DNA of 21,226 nt. It comes from Ginkgo biloba. Its lineage: Eukaryota; Plantae; Ginkgophyta. Below the pieces are notes generated by a model. That model had not been told where the DNA came from. It made no database searches and saw only the letters and a program-made list of their open reading frames with translations. The DNA lies in the NCBI GenBank assembly GCA_024626585.2, contig JANKJI020000002.1:167240019-167261244 (forward strand). Direction: 5' to 3'. Each line of letters begins with the position of its first letter. Position 1 is the first letter of the stretch. Positions 19,302 through 21,226 of the stretch are shown piece after piece. Both the position numbers and the translations under genes were made by a program.

Positions 19302-21226
19302 CTGTGATCCTGAGTTCACATATCCTACGTTAGTGTCCATAATTTTCTTGTGAATATCTTTCATTCTACCCTTGCCCTTGATGCTGATTATTCTTCTTTC
19401 ATCTGCATCCAACCTACTCTGTACATCAATTTCAAAATTTGATTAATGTTCTGTAGAATGTTGGAGAATTATTTTATGATATCTGGCTAAAGTAGCTTTC
19501 AACTCTTTAACCTTTATTTTGTAGGCATCTGACTTTTTGTTAATAACTTTGGAGACTCCTTCATTCAAAATTTTGACACCTTGCAGTGTCATATCTTCTG
19601 GATTAATTTGTAATTCCTGGAGTTCCATACCTTCTGTATCAAATCCTTTTTCTTGTTTTGTATACCAACCTTAGGTTTGTTTACAGTGATCTTCATCTTT
19701 TTAGTTTCTTACACATCAAATTGGACATGCATTTTTCTTTTCAATGGTTTAAAATCTATCAATTTGTCCAACACGTCTTCATTCATAGCTGTAATGGGAG
19801 GTATTGACTGAATTGGTGGGGTCAATAGAATATGAAGTTGTTTTATTGATTTGTTTTCAATCATTGAAACATTACCATGTTCTTGTACATTATGCTCAAC
19901 CTGAGTTGTATGTACATTTGATTGTGTCACATCAATTTGTTTAGTCACAACATTTTGCTGAATTTTGGCACTTCTATATTTTATTGCAATGTTGTATCTT
20001 CTTGCGACTTGGTATTATCTTGCGTTGACTCTCCTAGCACATTTTTTTTTTGTATGTGTAGATGTCTCTACTTCTTTCTCTTTTTATTTTTCTTCCTCCT
20101 CAATATGTACACTTTATACCTCATGGAGATTTGCAACCTTTGTATTCTTTTTTCGAGGTTCTTTGTCTTGAGTTGCTCTAAATATATTGTAGGGAATGCT
20201 TCCCCGCATTCTTTTTGTTGCAGTAGATGTCCTGTTGTAGTGATTTTTTTGTACTTTCTAGTTGCTTCCTTTTCTGAGATGTTGCAGCATCTTATTTTCT
20301 TTTTTGATAATCTCCGAGTGTATTTCCTAGGGACTTTACTCTTTTTTGCTTTATCCTTTGACAAATGTGTCTACTCCTTTAACTTTTTCCTGAACCTTTG
20401 GTTCTGAATTTTTATTCTCATTTTCCACAAGATCTTCTTGTTTTTTAGCCTTTTTCATTGCATTTCTCTTGGCCTCTTTTGAACTTGCAATATCCTGTTT
20501 ATCTTCATCTCTTGTGGACTTTGAACTTTTGTCATCACTATTGTGATGTTTAAGATTTCCTAAATCAAAATTGGAACCTTCTAGAAGATTTTCATCATTT
20601 TCTTGTTGAAAATACCTGTGACTTTCAAAGTCCTAGTTTTATTGGCGTCCTGTATCAAAATTTTGTGTTTTCCTTGAATAGTCTATTCCTAAGGCACAAA
20701 TGTGTGTGCTCCTTTAGCTTCATTACAGGGTTTGTACGAATCTAACAATTTAAAAGTTTTGCGGAATTGGTAAGGTGACCTTTTTAGTGTCATACATATT
20801 TTTTGATTTCAAGAATTCCCAAGAACCATCCTGAAAATTGTATGCACGCATTGCAAACTCATGGCATATAGTTCTTGGAATTTTCATTTTGCAGATATCA
20901 ATTCCATAGGCCCTTCATGTCTCTTGGGCTTTGCTTATGGTTATCCCAAAGTTTGAGGTCGTAGAAACTTAATTGCCGAGCAACCTCCTCATACACATCA
21001 TTTGCCCTCAGGAATTTTGACAATTTGAAAGGTCTAGGGCACACAAAAATCTTAATCACTGTATAATTTTCTCATTAAAAAATATCTCCGAACTCATCAT
21101 CAATCAAGCTTTTCTTTATTTTTTCTAGTACTCTTTGTGATGCTTGTCCTCTTTTCCACTGGAAATTGTTTGTAATTTCACCATACACATTGGCAATTTC
21201 CAACTTCTTTTTCTCATACTCTGGCC
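19302..21226 (-). pseudogene. About 1.9-kb frameshifted K/E/Q-rich reading frame of unknown function, probably a retroelement accessory ORF
   Basis: The minus-strand ORF fragments 20068-20364, 19709-19948 and 19443-19628 join with upstream segments PEYEKKKLEIANVYGEITNNF...DDEFGDIF, YTVIKIFVCPRPFKLSKFLRANDVYEEVARQL and QQENDENLLEGSNFDLG...SSKEAKRNAMKKAKKQED. Together they give globular, then charged low-complexity, then coiled-coil-like sequence. No intron pattern; open at the window edge. Confidence 0.6.

Noticed and set aside
19922-20407. 161-aa hydrophobic plus-strand ORF as a membrane protein
   Set aside because: It is the antisense shadow (F/L/C-rich) of the K/E-rich minus-strand frame. 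The ORFs 467-652, 7731-8003 and 13627-13926 are likewise antisense shadows.

Overview
This is eukaryotic land-plant DNA, probably from a large gymnosperm-type genome (inferred from the element types and the exon). It is AT-rich, strongly CpG-depleted and broken by nine N-gaps, six of them exactly 100 N (probably placeholder joins of unknown size). Most of the window is a graveyard of decayed transposons: a Ty1/copia gag-PR-INT remnant (3-951), several Ty3/gypsy Tat/Ogre-like pieces (Pro/Gln-rich gag 1236-2900; gag-PR-RT 5089-7730; two integrases fused tail-to-tail at 8281-9845), an RNase HI-type domain (7792-8180), a Helitron Rep remnant (14321-15720), LTR-like fragments and an unidentified decayed K/E/Q-rich reading frame (19302-21226). 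The only intact host coding sequence I can support is missing from the ORF track: a 157-bp internal exon (4585-4741, minus) of the plant HMCES/SRAP abasic-site-protection gene, with canonical splice sites and TE-filled introns. I found no prokaryote-style system (operon, CRISPR, RNA gene) and cannot claim a new multi-gene system. All translations and counts were done by hand.
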